A stretch of DNA of 64,000 nt from Nitrospirota bacterium (GCA_963840455.1 CAWIYV010000011.1:860580-924579); one strand, 5' to 3'; counted from the first letter of the stretch, positions 39,110 to 51,170 are shown. The notes: generated from the letters alone by a model not told the origin. Made by a program: numbers and translations.

Positions 39110-40625
39110 AGATCGGCAGCCTCACAGTGAAGGTGGTCCCTTTTCCTACGACGCTCTCGACGGTGATCTCCCCGCCGTGTTTCTTAATAATACCATAACT
39201 GACGGCCAGACCGAGCCCCGTTCCCTTGGTTGCGGTCTTGGTCGAGAAGAAGGGATCGAAGATCTTGTGCATATGCTCTTCCGGTATTCCCTTCCCGGTG
39301 TCCGCGAAAACGACTTCGATGCAATTTCCCCCCAGACGCTTCGCGATCTCGATGCACTTATTTCCCAGCCGCGTCTCGACCTCGATCCTGCCGGGCGGGG
39401 TGATGGCGTGGATGGCGTTCAGCAGGATGTTCAGCACCACCTGGCCAACCTGGGCCGGGTCGGCATAGATCTCCGGGAGCCCGTCTGCGAGCTTCATGGA
39501 AAGATCGATCCCCTTGAATGCCTCCTGGGCCACCAGCGACTCCGTGATCTCGGTCACCGGCTGGTTGATGTTGATCTTCACCGGCTTGATTACGCTCTCG
39601 CGCCCGAAATTGAGCAGCTGGCGCACGATGGTCCTCGCCCGGTCGGTCTCCCGCACCATGAGCTTGAGTCTTTCGTGCCGGGGGTCCCCCGGCGGGCACT
39701 GTTCCAGCATCAGGTTCGAAAAGGTGAGCACCGAGGTGAGGGGGTTGTTGATCTCGTGGGCGATCCCAGCGGCGAGCTTACCGATGCCTGCCAGCTTCTC
39801 CGCCTCGACAAGCTGGGACTGCTTCTCCCGCAGCTGCTTGATGATCTCGTCCAGGGCCGTCATTGCCTGGTCCAGCTTGTCCTCCATCTGGTTGAAGGAC
39901 TCCGCCAGCGCTGCTATCTCATCGTGCCCCTTGACCTTGATGCTCTCGGAAAAATCGCCGCGGGCGATCTTCTTGGTGATCCGTTCCAGGTCATGGATGG
40001 GATTGACAATGCTGCGAGCCAGCTTGCTGTTGATCACCGTCCCCATAACCACTATCATTCCCAGGGTAATAACCAGCAGGATCGTGGAGACCTTCAGAAT
40101 CCGGGCAATATCGGTCCGTTCCGCCCGCGCATTCTCTTCGACATAGACCTGGACCTCGCGGGCGACCATGCGCAGCTGCTCCACTTCGGTCTTTTCCTCG
40201 CTCTGCAACGCGAGCAGCCCTGCGCCGGACCCGCCGCCCGTCCGTCGCCGGAGCTGCTGCTGATCGCTCCGCACCTGGCCGAGCCTGCCGATGCGCTGCT
40301 CGTACTCGTCGATTGCCCGCATCATCTTCGATACATGCTCCTCACCGATGTTCCTTGCCGCCTCGTCCTTGATCTTCACGACGGCAGCCTTCAGTGCGGC
40401 GATGTATTTCCCGATCTCTTCGAGGCTGTCCGTATCGCCATAGAGCAGGTAGTTCTTCTCATATCGCCGTACTTCCAGCAGGGTGTTCGTGATGTCGTCG
40501 GCGATCTCAAGATGCCCCAAGTGGGTGCTGATCGTGTTCAGGTCCTTGTACGCGAGGGCACCGAACGCGATCGCAAAGAGGAGGTAGAACCCGAAGCCGA
40601 GGAAGAGTTTGTCACGGATCTTCAT
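39102..40625 (-). CDS. HAMP sensor histidine kinase
   Basis: AHEINNPL, N box, D.G.G, GTGLGL. Confidence 0.95.
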   Translation of the reverse strand: MKIRDKLFLGFGFYLLFAIAFGALAYKDLNTISTHLGHLEIADDITNTLLEVRRYEKNYLLYGDTDSLEEIGKYIAALKAAVVKIKDEAARNIGEEHVSKMMRAIDEYEQRIGRLGQVRSDQQQLRRRTGGGSGAGLLALQSEEKTEVEQLRMVAREVQVYVEENARAERTDIARILKVSTILLVITLGMIVVMGTVINSKLARSIVNPIHDLERITKKIARGDFSESIKVKGHDEIAALAESFNQMEDKLDQAMTALDEIIKQLREKQSQLVEAEKLAGIGKLAAGIAHEINNPLTSVLTFSNLMLEQCPPGDPRHERLKLMVRETDRARTIVRQLLNFGRESVIKPVKININQPVTEITESLVAQEAFKGIDLSMKLADGLPEIYADPAQVGQVVLNILLNAIHAITPPGRIEVETRLGNKCIEIAKRLGGNCIEVVFADTGKGIPEEHMHKIFDPFFSTKTATKGTGLGLAVSYGIIKKHGGEITVESVVGKGTTFTVRLPIYG

Positions 40626-40703
40626 GTGGCGCTATTATAGCGTAACCGGTGTGGAAAAGAAATAGGGGCCCGGCAACGATGCCGGACCCCTGTTCGTGGA
40701 CGA

Positions 40704-41147
40704 TCACAACCAGCAGGGTTCTTTCACCACATACACGCAGCAGTGGCTGTACTTGACCACTTTCGAAGCAACGCTGCCGAGCAGGAACCGCGCGGTCGCG
40801 CTCTTGCCCTTGCTCCCGATCACAATGAGATCGATCTTTTCCTTCTCCGCAAAGGACACGATTTCCTGTGCCGGCGAGTCGGCAGTGGCGAGGACGGTGT
40901 TGATGTCCGTCACGCCGTGGGTCTTCATCTGGTCCTTTGCCTTGGCCAGGAGGTCCTCGCCCCGGCGCTTCAAGCTTTGGAGCAGTCTGTCGCGCTCGGA
41001 CGCCGAAAGCTCCAGGTCCACATCGGCCACCGAGAGGATGACGTTGAGGATAAAGATTTTTGCCTTGTTGGTCTTCGCGAAATGCGCAGCGACGCGGAGG
41101 CCTTCCGTGGAATGCTTGGATCCGTCGATCGGCACCAGTACTTTCAT
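40704..41147 (-). CDS. Universal stress protein
   Basis: VLVPIDGS...IVIGSKG...LLGSV. Confidence 0.92.
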   Translation of the reverse strand: MKVLVPIDGSKHSTEGLRVAAHFAKTNKAKIFILNVILSVADVDLELSASERDRLLQSLKRRGEDLLAKAKDQMKTHGVTDINTVLATADSPAQEIVSFAEKEKIDLIVIGSKGKSATARFLLGSVASKVVKYSHCCVYVVKEPCWL

Positions 41148-41154
41148 GGTTCTC

Positions 41155-41868
41155 CTAGACCTCCTTCTTCACTTTGGCTTTTTTCATGGTAAGACCGATC
41201 CCGTCGAACATGTAGAAGATGGCAAATCCCCACCACATGGTGTAAGCCACATAGAACACGAGCAGCCCCGTCATGATACCGGCCTTGTCCACGACGTTCT
41301 GCGCCTCGACCTTATAGTAGTTATAGGCCGGTTCAACTGCTTTTTTCATGACATCCGAAACGATCTTCGCTTCCTCGATCTTGCCCTGCTTCTTGAGAGC
41401 TTTGTCCACGCCCTTGAGCATGTTATGCCAGGACTCCATAACCTTCTTTTCTTCGACCCCGTAGCGAGCAACAACTGCAGCGCCGTTGTTTTTATACATA
41501 TCGTCTGAGTCTTGGAGGATCTTCGTCATCAGCGCGCCGAGGTTGCCATTGAGCTGGAGCTCGGGATTAGCATTTTTCGCCTCGATCCCCGCGGCAGCAA
41601 GAAGCTTCACCGTACCGTCGATCTGCTCCGGCTTCTCAAACTTCACGCTCACGGCGATGTCGGTATTCGCGAACTTCTCATTACTCTTTGTGACTTTTGG
41701 GATAAAGTAGGACGACCCTTTCGAAAGCTTGTTGAACATATCGTCGGCGTATACGAGCCCATTCCTACCGTCACCAAAGACAGGCGAGAAGATAAGCGCG
41801 AGCACGCCGGCAAACGTCACGGCAAGGAATGCTCCTTTGGCAAATTCCATCTTATTCTTGACAATCAT
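41155..41868 (-). CDS. Membrane protein associated with TauE/SafE transporter
   Basis: N- and C-terminal TM helices; starts 2 bp after the TSUP stop. Confidence 0.8.
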   Translation of the reverse strand: MIVKNKMEFAKGAFLAVTFAGVLALIFSPVFGDGRNGLVYADDMFNKLSKGSSYFIPKVTKSNEKFANTDIAVSVKFEKPEQIDGTVKLLAAAGIEAKNANPELQLNGNLGALMTKILQDSDDMYKNNGAAVVARYGVEEKKVMESWHNMLKGVDKALKKQGKIEEAKIVSDVMKKAVEPAYNYYKVEAQNVVDKAGIMTGLLVFYVAYTMWWGFAIFYMFDGIGLTMKKAKVKKEV

Positions 41869-41870
41869 GG

Positions 41871-43115
41871 CTATGCCTCCTCCCTGAGCGTTTTAATGTT
41901 CGCAAAGAACTTGCTGAAGATCCAGAGGCCAAAGATAGCGACAACGATCCAGAACACGTAGTTGCCTAGGGTCTCGATGAAGTTGATTGTGTCCTTGGAC
42001 ATGGTGATCATTTCGAGCTCTACCATCTTCTTGGGCAGCGTTGCAGCGCGATTGATAAATCCCGCAATGATCGAGACGGCATAGAAACCGCGGATCTGAA
42101 TGCCCTTTACCACTTTCGTCGTGAGTGCGCCGACCTGAATGCCGATCAGCGAGCCGATCAGCATGCCCATGGCTAGAGTATAGAACACATATCCGTAGAT
42201 GGCGTACTGCGCGATGGAGGCCAAGCCCGCGGTAAAGATGATCTGGAGAATATCAGTTCCGACGGTAGTTGCCGTGGACACACCGAAGGTGTACACGAAC
42301 ATGGGAAAGGTGACGAACCCGCCGCCCACGCCCATGATGGCGGCCAGTATGCCGACGATCATGCCGCCTATGGCGATAAACACGCCGGAGATCTTCTTGC
42401 CGCCCTCGACATAATCTTCGTCAAAGGTGATCATGGGCGGGATGTTCATCTTCTGGAGCTTCAGTGCGAAGTCGGTCGTGCCTGAGGATCCGCCGTGGGC
42501 GTCGCCGCCCGTTGCATGGCGGGATTTCCAGAAGTCCATCATCGCATAAAAACCAAGGAAGCCGAGCAGGACAGCATAGACTAGGCTGATGAAGGCCTCG
42601 GAAAGAATTGGGTCTTTGTCATAGAGAAATCTGTTGATGGCGCCGCCGATGAACGTGCCGCCGCCGGAGCCCACGAGGAACGCAAGGGCCAACTTCGTGG
42701 AGACGTTCCCGAGCTTCTTGTGCACCGTGGTGCCCATGATGGCCTTGGCGAAGATATGGAACACGTCCGTGCCCACGGCCAGGATGCCCTTCACACCCGC
42801 AGCCATGAGCGCCGGGGTGATGATGAACCCGCCGCCCGCGCCGATGCAGCCGGTGATCAGTCCCGCGGCCAGGCCGATGGCGATGGAGGCCATGAAGATG
42901 GTGGTCGAATAAAACGCCGGCGCATAAGCCGTTTTGCCGCCCAGCATGCTCCCGGCGTCGGCCAGCGAAACCACAACGATCGGCAGCAGCAGCAGCAGCA
43001 GGATCCACATCTTCTTCCGGTTGTGGATGATACTCATCGAGACCTCATAGTCCCATTTGGCGTGAGCAATGGAAGCCTGTTTCATAAACTCATAAGTACT
43101 GCGAAAGATACCCAT
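41871..43115 (-). CDS. Sulfite exporter TauE/SafE (TSUP) family
   Basis: Repeated G.GGGF...P...VGTD motifs. Confidence 0.92.
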   Translation of the reverse strand: MGIFRSTYEFMKQASIAHAKWDYEVSMSIIHNRKKMWILLLLLLPIVVVSLADAGSMLGGKTAYAPAFYSTTIFMASIAIGLAAGLITGCIGAGGGFIITPALMAAGVKGILAVGTDVFHIFAKAIMGTTVHKKLGNVSTKLALAFLVGSGGGTFIGGAINRFLYDKDPILSEAFISLVYAVLLGFLGFYAMMDFWKSRHATGGDAHGGSSGTTDFALKLQKMNIPPMITFDEDYVEGGKKISGVFIAIGGMIVGILAAIMGVGGGFVTFPMFVYTFGVSTATTVGTDILQIIFTAGLASIAQYAIYGYVFYTLAMGMLIGSLIGIQVGALTTKVVKGIQIRGFYAVSIIAGFINRAATLPKKMVELEMITMSKDTINFIETLGNYVFWIVVAIFGLWIFSKFFANIKTLREEA

Positions 43116-43147
43116 ATAAAAACCTCCCTCCTGTGTAGTGTATTTCC

Positions 43148-43888
43148 TTATGCGATCTGGATCAATTCGGTCTGTAATTTGTATTTCTTGCCGTCCCCCA
43201 TGAGCCGCGTATAGGCCAGGGGCTTTCCGTTAGTTCCCACCAGGAGCCGGTGCAGCACCAGCATGGGCGCGCCCTTTCCGCTCTTCAGGATCGCCGTGGC
43301 ATCACCGCTCATCTCGGCGATCTCGATCATCTGGACGACCTTCTGGATCTTTTTCGCCGCCTTCTGCTGCATCATCTCATAGAACGGGGTCTGGCAGACA
43401 TCGACCTCGTCGATGTCCGGTACCACCTCGAGCGGTATGAAGGACTCCTCAAGATAAGCTGGTTCGCCCTCAACAACGCGCTTGCAAAGGATATAGTAGA
43501 TATCTCCGTCTGCTTTAAGATAGTTCCGCACGTCCTCAGGCGGGACCTTGACACCCTTCACCAACACCTCTTTTTTCGCGATCACCCCCTCACCGAACAT
43601 GTCCTCCGACAGTTTGGTCTTCATCGTAATACCGCGGTCGGGAAGCGATGGACTGACGAAGGTGCCTTTGCCCTGCTGTTTCCGCAGGTAACCGTTCCTC
43701 ACCAGTTCCGTGATTGCCATCCTCACCGGTGCCTTGCTCACGTCATGGGCCTTGCAGAGTTCGTCCTCCGTCGGTATCTGGGAGCCGGCGGGCCACTCGC
43801 CCGTTTCGATCTTTTCCTTGATGATCGAGTACATCTGGACGTAGAGTTTTTGCTGGCTCTCTCTATCTATGGTCTTTTCTGTCAACAT
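43148..43888 (-). CDS. GntR/HutC-family regulator (UTRA)
   Basis: IPTEDEL...VS...R.A..EL...G....QGKGTFV. Confidence 0.92.
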   Translation of the reverse strand: MLTEKTIDRESQQKLYVQMYSIIKEKIETGEWPAGSQIPTEDELCKAHDVSKAPVRMAITELVRNGYLRKQQGKGTFVSPSLPDRGITMKTKLSEDMFGEGVIAKKEVLVKGVKVPPEDVRNYLKADGDIYYILCKRVVEGEPAYLEESFIPLEVVPDIDEVDVCQTPFYEMMQQKAAKKIQKVVQMIEIAEMSGDATAILKSGKGAPMLVLHRLLVGTNGKPLAYTRLMGDGKKYKLQTELIQIA

Positions 43889-43900
43889 AATTTCATTTCT

Positions 43901-43914
43901 TTATAACGTTATAA
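43901..43914. promoter_or_regulatory. Candidate GntR operator
   Basis: Perfect palindrome TTATAACGTTATAA 12 bp upstream of gntR. Confidence 0.55.
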
Positions 43915-43994
43915 TCTTTGCTTATGGTTAAAAAATTCGGGGCTTATAGCATAAGTCCCGAAAATTGCTTTATCAAGATCGCAAGCAGGCTACA

Positions 43995-44156
43995 TTATGC
44001 CTTCTTGGCAGCTCTCACGTCCGTGGTAGCCGGAATTGTGGCTGCCTCTTCTTCATGCGCCTGGCTTGAAATCTTGCGCGCCTCATCATACTCTCCAGCT
44101 TCCGCGAAGGTGACCGCTACCATCATGTTTTCAAAGGCCTTGATGAGTTTTTGCAT
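43995..44156 (-). CDS. FAEAGE-motif small protein
   Basis: MQKLIKAFENMMVAVTFAEAGEY; RBS ggaggg; sigma54-like TGGCAT-AAACA-TTGA at 44188-44203. Confidence 0.75.
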   Translation of the reverse strand: MQKLIKAFENMMVAVTFAEAGEYDEARKISSQAHEEEAATIPATTDVRAAKKA

Positions 44157-44336
44157 AATACCCTCCATCTTACTTACGCAATTAATATTCAATGTTTATG
44201 CCATTATGCAATACATTGAAAAAATGTATAAATAAATAATAACTCGACTATGGTGCAATCATATATTGCATGCCATAAAGAAAAATAAGGGGTTTATGTG
44301 ATGTGTCGGCGCAGTGAAATGTTGCGATTGGGCGAG

Positions 44337-45641
<1,305 letters not shown>

Positions 45642-45709
45642 GTGTTTTACGTTTCACGTTTCCCATCTCACGCTTTGACTTTTGCCCCTTGCCCCTGACC
45701 CTGCCTTTC

Positions 45710-46603
45710 CTATTTCCCTTTCACCACCAGCACCGCGCATGCCGCAAGCACGATTACCCGCTGGGCAATGCTGCCCATGAGCAGCCGGTCCAGGCCCGTC
45801 CTGCCGTGGCTGCCCACGACCACCAGGTCGGCGGACTTGTCCTTCGCGATCTCCATGATGGCGTCGGCGGGCTTGCCGGTCATGACAAAGGCCTGGGCAT
45901 CCACGCCCGCCTGCTGCGCCGCTTCCTTGACAGTCTTGGCATTCTTCTCCGCGGCCTGCATCTCCTGGTCGGCGAGCTTCTCACGCTGCAGCGCGGCGAA
46001 ATCGATATCCGTTGGCATGGCGATGTCCGCCGGAACGACTGCCAGGACCGTCAGCTTCGCGTTGTTGCGCTTCGCGATGCCGATGGCCTCGGATGCAGCG
46101 GCTGCAGAATATTTCGATCCATCCGTTGCCATGACGATGCTCTTGAACTCCACCTGCGCTGCCCGCGGCACGACCAAGACGCTGCACGGGGCATGACCGA
46201 TGGTCCACGATGTCGTGCTACCCATCACCAGCCGCCGGAAGCCCTTTCTACCGCGTCTGCCCATGATGATCATCGTGCATTTCCGCGCGATTGCCTCGTC
46301 AACGATGTACTTATACGAGTCCTCCCCCTCATGGATCGTGATCTCGCAGTCAACGCCCTCTTTCTTGGCCCTGTCCTGCACCTCGTTCAGGTGCTTCCGG
46401 ACATCCTTCTCCATTTTTTCAAGGGCCGATGGCGCTGTTGATTCGAACTCGGGGTTCGTCTCGATGACGCGGATAGCCGTCAGTTTGCTTCCACACCGCT
46501 TGGCAAGTCGGATCGCCTCCCGGGTCGCCCCTTCGCTGAACTCGGAGCTGTCGGTCGCGAGCAGCAGTCTTTCCGTATTCACAATCGGACATATCTCGGC
46601 CAT
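45710..46603 (-). CDS. Tandem universal stress protein
   Basis: Two USP domains with MG.RG...MGS and GSHG...MGS. Confidence 0.92.
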   Translation of the reverse strand: MAEICPIVNTERLLLATDSSEFSEGATREAIRLAKRCGSKLTAIRVIETNPEFESTAPSALEKMEKDVRKHLNEVQDRAKKEGVDCEITIHEGEDSYKYIVDEAIARKCTMIIMGRRGRKGFRRLVMGSTTSWTIGHAPCSVLVVPRAAQVEFKSIVMATDGSKYSAAAASEAIGIAKRNNAKLTVLAVVPADIAMPTDIDFAALQREKLADQEMQAAEKNAKTVKEAAQQAGVDAQAFVMTGKPADAIMEIAKDKSADLVVVGSHGRTGLDRLLMGSIAQRVIVLAACAVLVVKGK

Positions 46604-46886
46604 GATGATCCCTCCTCAAATGGTGTCGTTATTTGGAATATCCGCATGAATGCCCGGACGCAACAAATTGTAGCGCCAGCACATTCTGATGCATGGTTAA
46701 AACTATAATGGCAATTTCGCGGTATGTCAACCTTTTTGGGAAAAGAGTAGAAGAAACCACTGCTGATTCGAATTGGGGAACGCGGAATGGATACGGCCAT
46801 GCGAGGGACACGGGGATGGGAAGACGCAGAAAGCGAGTTATGTCGAGAAGCTTAATGTCGTGAGCAATTACGAATAGGAGGAAGAA

Positions 46887-46962
46887 TGGTGGTCCCAACG
46901 GGAATCGAACCCGTGTCTCCGGCGTGAGAGGCCAGCGTCCTAGGCCGCTAGACGATGGGACC
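46887..46962 (-). tRNA. tRNA-Glu(CTC)
   Basis: GGTCCCA...CTGGC-CT-CTC-AC-GCCGG...GGTTCGATTCC...TGGGACC-ACCA. Confidence 0.95.
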
Positions 46963-47076
46963 GTGAAGAGAGTTACTATTGATGAGTTATGAGATGTGAG
47001 TTACCAAGTACAGAGACAGCATGACGCCTCCGGCTTGCTAACTGATACCTATGAGCTCATAACCAGGAACTGACAA

Positions 47077-47150
47077 TGGTTGGGGGAGGAGGATTCGAAC
47101 CCCCGTAAACAGGTTCAGAGCCTGTCGTCCTACCACTGGACGATCCCCCA
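47077..47150 (-). tRNA. tRNA-Gln(CTG)
   Basis: TGGGGGA...ACAGG-CT-CTG-AA-CCTGT...GGTTCGAATCC...TCCCCCA-ACCA. Confidence 0.95.
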
Positions 47151-47249
47151 GGCAACAGGGACACAATATATCCAAAACGCATTTGAGTGTCAAGCGGAAA
47201 AAAGAGTAAAATTGCGGAGTTGTGCCCAACTCCCGGTGGAGCGAGTGTG

Positions 47250-47954
47250 CTACTCCTTCTCGAGCAATGCCGAAAAGTAGGGCTTAAGCCGTTTCAGGGT
47301 GTCCTCGGCAGCAAGGGTCATCATGCTCGCAAACACATCGAGGTTCACCAGGGCGTTCACATTCGCATCCTTCTTGGCGGCCGCGCGCATCCGGTTCGCG
47401 AAGTCCCGGTTGACCTGGCCAACCTCGGTGTAGATGGTCCCGAGGCCGTCGATTGACCATTCTGCAGTCTTGCCTTCGTGATGACGGAAGTACTGGGCCG
47501 TGAGGAACATGGTGATCCCCCGATAAATCGTCTCATCCAGGGATGCGAAAGGGAGGTGGAACCGCACCATGGGCTTGAGCTGCTCCATGATCGGGCACCC
47601 GCTCGTGGTCATGATAATGCCGAGCAGAGGGCTCAGGCCCCCCTGCACCGTGGTCTCCTTCCCGTAAAACCGCTCTTCGCATGCGACTGTCACGCTCACG
47701 CGTTCGTGAGAAAGGAAGTTCTTGAACTGCTCCACGATCCCGGCGAGGTTCGCGCAGATGGGGCAGTAGATATGGTCCTTTTCACTCAAGGGACAGATCG
47801 CGCACTTGTTGAACGGAAGCAGGGCCCAAAGGGGCAGGTTCTCCTGTTTCTTCGTGGTCAGCAGGAGATTCGCCGCGTTGAGTCGCAGGTCGAAATGCTT
47901 GGTCGTGCCGTCGTTGAACTTGTAAATATAGACAAAACGGAACTCGTTGTCCAT
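47250..47954 (-). CDS. Conserved hypothetical Cys-containing protein
   Basis: C..CPL...CP, SGCP, RFHLPFA motifs; normal codon pattern. Confidence 0.8.
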   Translation of the reverse strand: MDNEFRFVYIYKFNDGTTKHFDLRLNAANLLLTTKKQENLPLWALLPFNKCAICPLSEKDHIYCPICANLAGIVEQFKNFLSHERVSVTVACEERFYGKETTVQGGLSPLLGIIMTTSGCPIMEQLKPMVRFHLPFASLDETIYRGITMFLTAQYFRHHEGKTAEWSIDGLGTIYTEVGQVNRDFANRMRAAAKKDANVNALVNLDVFASMMTLAAEDTLKRLKPYFSALLEKE

Positions 47955-48269
47955 GCGGCCCCTCGCGACGGAATGAGCATCAAAATGGAACCCCTACTCT
48001 TATGCCCGCAAATCAGCCTTTTGTCAAGAATGTTCGTGGAAGCCCGCGGGTAGTTTCTTCATCCTAATCGCTCGCTAACCCCCGGCCTCGCGGTTCCACT
48101 CGTAAACGCTGGGGGCAAGACCCCGCAGCTTGCTACGGGGAATGCGCTCGCTCCCGGCCTCAGAACAGCTTTCTGGTACAGAGCTAACAAAAAAGCTGCT
48201 GAAGGTTCGCTTCAGCAGCTTGTGGCAGAACATGAATGAGGACCGTCGTCCGCAGAGGTTATTCCCGAC

Positions 48270-49241
48270 CTATTGTTTGAACAGGAGCTTGTCCTCGGCA
48301 TACTCGCCCTTGCCGCTGCTCTTGATCCGGTAGCTTCCCCTCAGTTTCGTCTCGTCGCCGGACAGGGTCATTTCATAGTCCTCGGTCTTCCAGTACGACG
48401 GAATGGTCGCAAGCTTCCAGGTTACCTGGATGCGAATGGTGTCATCGGCAAGCTCGAATACCGTAACCGTGCCGGTGGCGCCGGTGCTGCGCCGTGGAGC
48501 CGACGCTACGAGCCTGCCATCCGAGCCCATATTGATGATGAACGCTTGTGTGGTGACATCCTCGCCGCCGCGAGGCGCCGTGTCCTTGTAGAACCAGCCC
48601 CCGACGAAGGCCTTTGGATTCGTCCTCTTCTCCGGTGCCGCCGCAGCCTGAGGCTTCTTGGCGGCAGGGGCCACCTTGACCGGTGTCGGAGGAGGCGGAG
48701 GCACCAGCGGGACGCTCGGGCTGGTCTTCAGCGCCTGCTTGGCGTCTTCGGCATAGACCTCCAGCTCATAGATATGGTTCCTGGTCTCCCGAGCGTTCTT
48801 GGCATACGGGTCGGCCAGGAGGGCGAAGTTCAGGTTCTGGATCGCCTCGGCGAACATTCCCGCCTTCTCCTGCGCCTCTGCGAGATTGGCATACCCGTCG
48901 GCCACCCACGGCGCGAGAGCAACGGCCGACTGGAACTCATCCACGGCCTTTTTGAAGCCGTCGGCGTCGTTCGCTTTTTTCATGAATGCGCTGCCACGCG
49001 CCATCTGCCGCTCGAACTCCTCCGGTACCGGCGGTTTCTGCTTCAGGGTCTGGGAATATTTTATGACCTTCTCCCGCAGCTCGACGCTCTCCGGACTCTT
49101 CTTGAGGTCGAGCACATACTGCTTCAGCGTATCGAGGGAGCCGCCTCCGCCCTTTTCCGCGGCCGGGACAGCTGCCGGCCCCACGAGAAGCGCTGCGGCC
49201 AGCATGAGCAACATCATTACCTTTCCTTTTACCTGTGCCAT
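48270..49241 (-). CDS. Secreted TPR-containing protein
   Basis: Signal peptide, TPR-like helices (A..LAPW....Y.NLA), Pro-rich linker. Confidence 0.8.
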   Translation of the reverse strand: MAQVKGKVMMLLMLAAALLVGPAAVPAAEKGGGGSLDTLKQYVLDLKKSPESVELREKVIKYSQTLKQKPPVPEEFERQMARGSAFMKKANDADGFKKAVDEFQSAVALAPWVADGYANLAEAQEKAGMFAEAIQNLNFALLADPYAKNARETRNHIYELEVYAEDAKQALKTSPSVPLVPPPPPTPVKVAPAAKKPQAAAAPEKRTNPKAFVGGWFYKDTAPRGGEDVTTQAFIINMGSDGRLVASAPRRSTGATGTVTVFELADDTIRIQVTWKLATIPSYWKTEDYEMTLSGDETKLRGSYRIKSSGKGEYAEDKLLFKQ

Positions 49242-49407
49242 ATTCCCACTCTCCTTGATGAAAAGAAAGAACCGTGCCGCGAAATGACGGCGTGCGAAAC
49301 AGTGTATAAATTATGCCCTAATTTTAATGCAAATTCAAGAAAAATTATGAAAAATCGTCATATCCTAAAAATACCCTGTTATCAAGTCCAACCGCGGGGT
49401 AAGCCAT

Positions 49408-49437
49408 AAAAAAGGCGGGGAACAGAGTTCCCCGCCC
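49408..49437 (-). terminator. Rho-independent terminator of the nitrite reductase gene
   Basis: ggcggggaac/gttccccgcc stem followed by T-run on the minus strand. Confidence 0.75.
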
Positions 49438-49460
49438 TCGTGAACAGGTTGTACTACTGG

Positions 49461-51170
49461 TCATTTCGCTGCTGCAGGCGCCGATGCTGCCGAAGCTGTC
49501 TTTGTGCCCAGGGCGTCGTTGATGATCTTGATTCCCTTGGTCGACTCGTCGACGGACCGGGTGAGCGATTCTCGGGCGAGCTCAGGATTATGGAAGCCGT
49601 CGGAGTTCTCGGCGGTCCAGTATTCCCAGAGGATGTGGGCCTTCAGGTGCTGGTCCTGTGCCTGCTTGATCACGTCTTCCGAAAGACCGGCCTTCTTGCC
49701 TTCCACGATCTTATCAATGAGTGCGGCAAGCCAGAACTCGGCCTTCCGCATCTTGCCCTTGCCGAATGCCTTGATCGAATCGATGGAGTACTTCGCCTGC
49801 TCCTCGGTCCACGTGGGATGGCACTTGGCGGCAAGGCAGGTCTCCTTCAGCTGCACCCGCGGCGTCACCGCAAAGTGCGAGGTGTAGGTCTTGCCGCTCT
49901 TCTTTCCCTTCATCTTTGGCGTATGGCAGTCAGCACAGCCCACGCCGGCCTTGCCGTGCTTGGAGTTGTAGTAGGTCTCCGACTCGGGATGCTGCGCCTT
50001 CCAGAGCAGCCCTCCGGTCAGGGCGTGCTTGAAGTCCAGGAAGCTCACCTGGTTCACATAGTGGTCGTAGAGGCCGAGCACGTCCTTGTAGGGAAAGTGG
50101 TTCGTGCGCTGGTCCGCCATCGTGACGTTGTACTTTGACGTGTCGGGGTTCTTCGGGTCATAACCCGGATTGCAGTTGTATTCCACGTGGCACTGGCCGC
50201 AAAGGAGGCGGGTGTCGTACTTCTCCAGGATCGCGATCTTGCGCGGGAAGCCCCGGAGCCCCATGTCCATGACCTTGAAATTCGTGTGCTTCTGGTCCTT
50301 GTGCCACAGCGTGTCGGCCTGCGGCCGCGTGAGCGCCTGGATCAAGGCATCTCGCACAATGCGCGGCTTCGCTGCATGCGGGTCGTGGCAGTAGAAGCAG
50401 TTCAGGCCGTGCTGAAGATCGCGCACCAGCTCCACGGGCTTCGAGGTCCTGGACCACTGGGCGCCCGGCACGGGGTCGCCCATATAAGACCACTTCAGGA
50501 TCTGGTCCTGGGACTTGCACTGCAGACAGACGGGGTTCGCCGCCGTGGCGCTCTGGGGCATATAGGTCTTCTGGTCGCTTGTGGTCGGATCACCGTCCGC
50601 CAGGATATCCCAGGCCCTGCCTGTCTCGAGGATGTAGTTCCAGCCTCGCCTGCCCTGGAACCTGCCGCCGTAGGCGCGGTCCACCACCAGGTGGTCCGGC
50701 AGCATGTTCACATGGCTCCGGGTGAGGTTGTGCTCCTTGGTGAACCCGTGGCCGGCCATGAGCTTGTCCCAGAAGGGATTGGGCGACCGGTTCGTGAGCT
50801 GGGACTTCTCGTCGCGTGCGGGGCGGTGCATGGCCACCTTCATGAAGCTCTCGAACTGCTCCTTGTGGCACGCTCCGCAGGCCTCCCAGGACGTGTCCGT
50901 CACAGGTCGATTGTCCGGTCCTGGATTTTCCGCATGTTTCTTGAAGTCGCCGGAGTGGCAATTGACACAGTTATTCTTGCTGTGCTTGCCCATGGTGTGG
51001 AGCTGCTTGATCGGATCATGGCATCCATAGCAGGTGTCAACCTTCACGTCGGCCTGTTTCTTCTTTTTTGCGCCATCCGCCTTATACTGCGCGTCGGCGG
51101 TGGTGAGCCATGCCCCGGTGACGACCAGCGCCATGATGAGAATGAGAGCGCCAAGATCTCGTTTTCGCAT
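49461..51170 (-). CDS. Octaheme cytochrome c nitrite reductase (ammonia-forming, TvNiR/ONR-like)
   Basis: 6 CxxCH, one catalytic CxxCK (CLQCK), one CX4CH; CGQCHVEYNC, KAQHPE, AENSDGFHNP. Confidence 0.9.
   Translation of the reverse strand: MRKRDLGALILIMALVVTGAWLTTADAQYKADGAKKKKQADVKVDTCYGCHDPIKQLHTMGKHSKNNCVNCHSGDFKKHAENPGPDNRPVTDTSWEACGACHKEQFESFMKVAMHRPARDEKSQLTNRSPNPFWDKLMAGHGFTKEHNLTRSHVNMLPDHLVVDRAYGGRFQGRRGWNYILETGRAWDILADGDPTTSDQKTYMPQSATAANPVCLQCKSQDQILKWSYMGDPVPGAQWSRTSKPVELVRDLQHGLNCFYCHDPHAAKPRIVRDALIQALTRPQADTLWHKDQKHTNFKVMDMGLRGFPRKIAILEKYDTRLLCGQCHVEYNCNPGYDPKNPDTSKYNVTMADQRTNHFPYKDVLGLYDHYVNQVSFLDFKHALTGGLLWKAQHPESETYYNSKHGKAGVGCADCHTPKMKGKKSGKTYTSHFAVTPRVQLKETCLAAKCHPTWTEEQAKYSIDSIKAFGKGKMRKAEFWLAALIDKIVEGKKAGLSEDVIKQAQDQHLKAHILWEYWTAENSDGFHNPELARESLTRSVDESTKGIKIINDALGTKTASAASAPAAAK

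Noticed and set aside
37128-40640. Long plus-strand ORFs opposite the regulator and kinase genes (and similar ones elsewhere)
   Set aside because: Antisense ORFs expected from high-GC codon bias; no motifs or RBS.
46887-47150. tRNA-anchored genomic island
   Set aside because: No integrase and no duplicated tRNA 3' end visible in the window.
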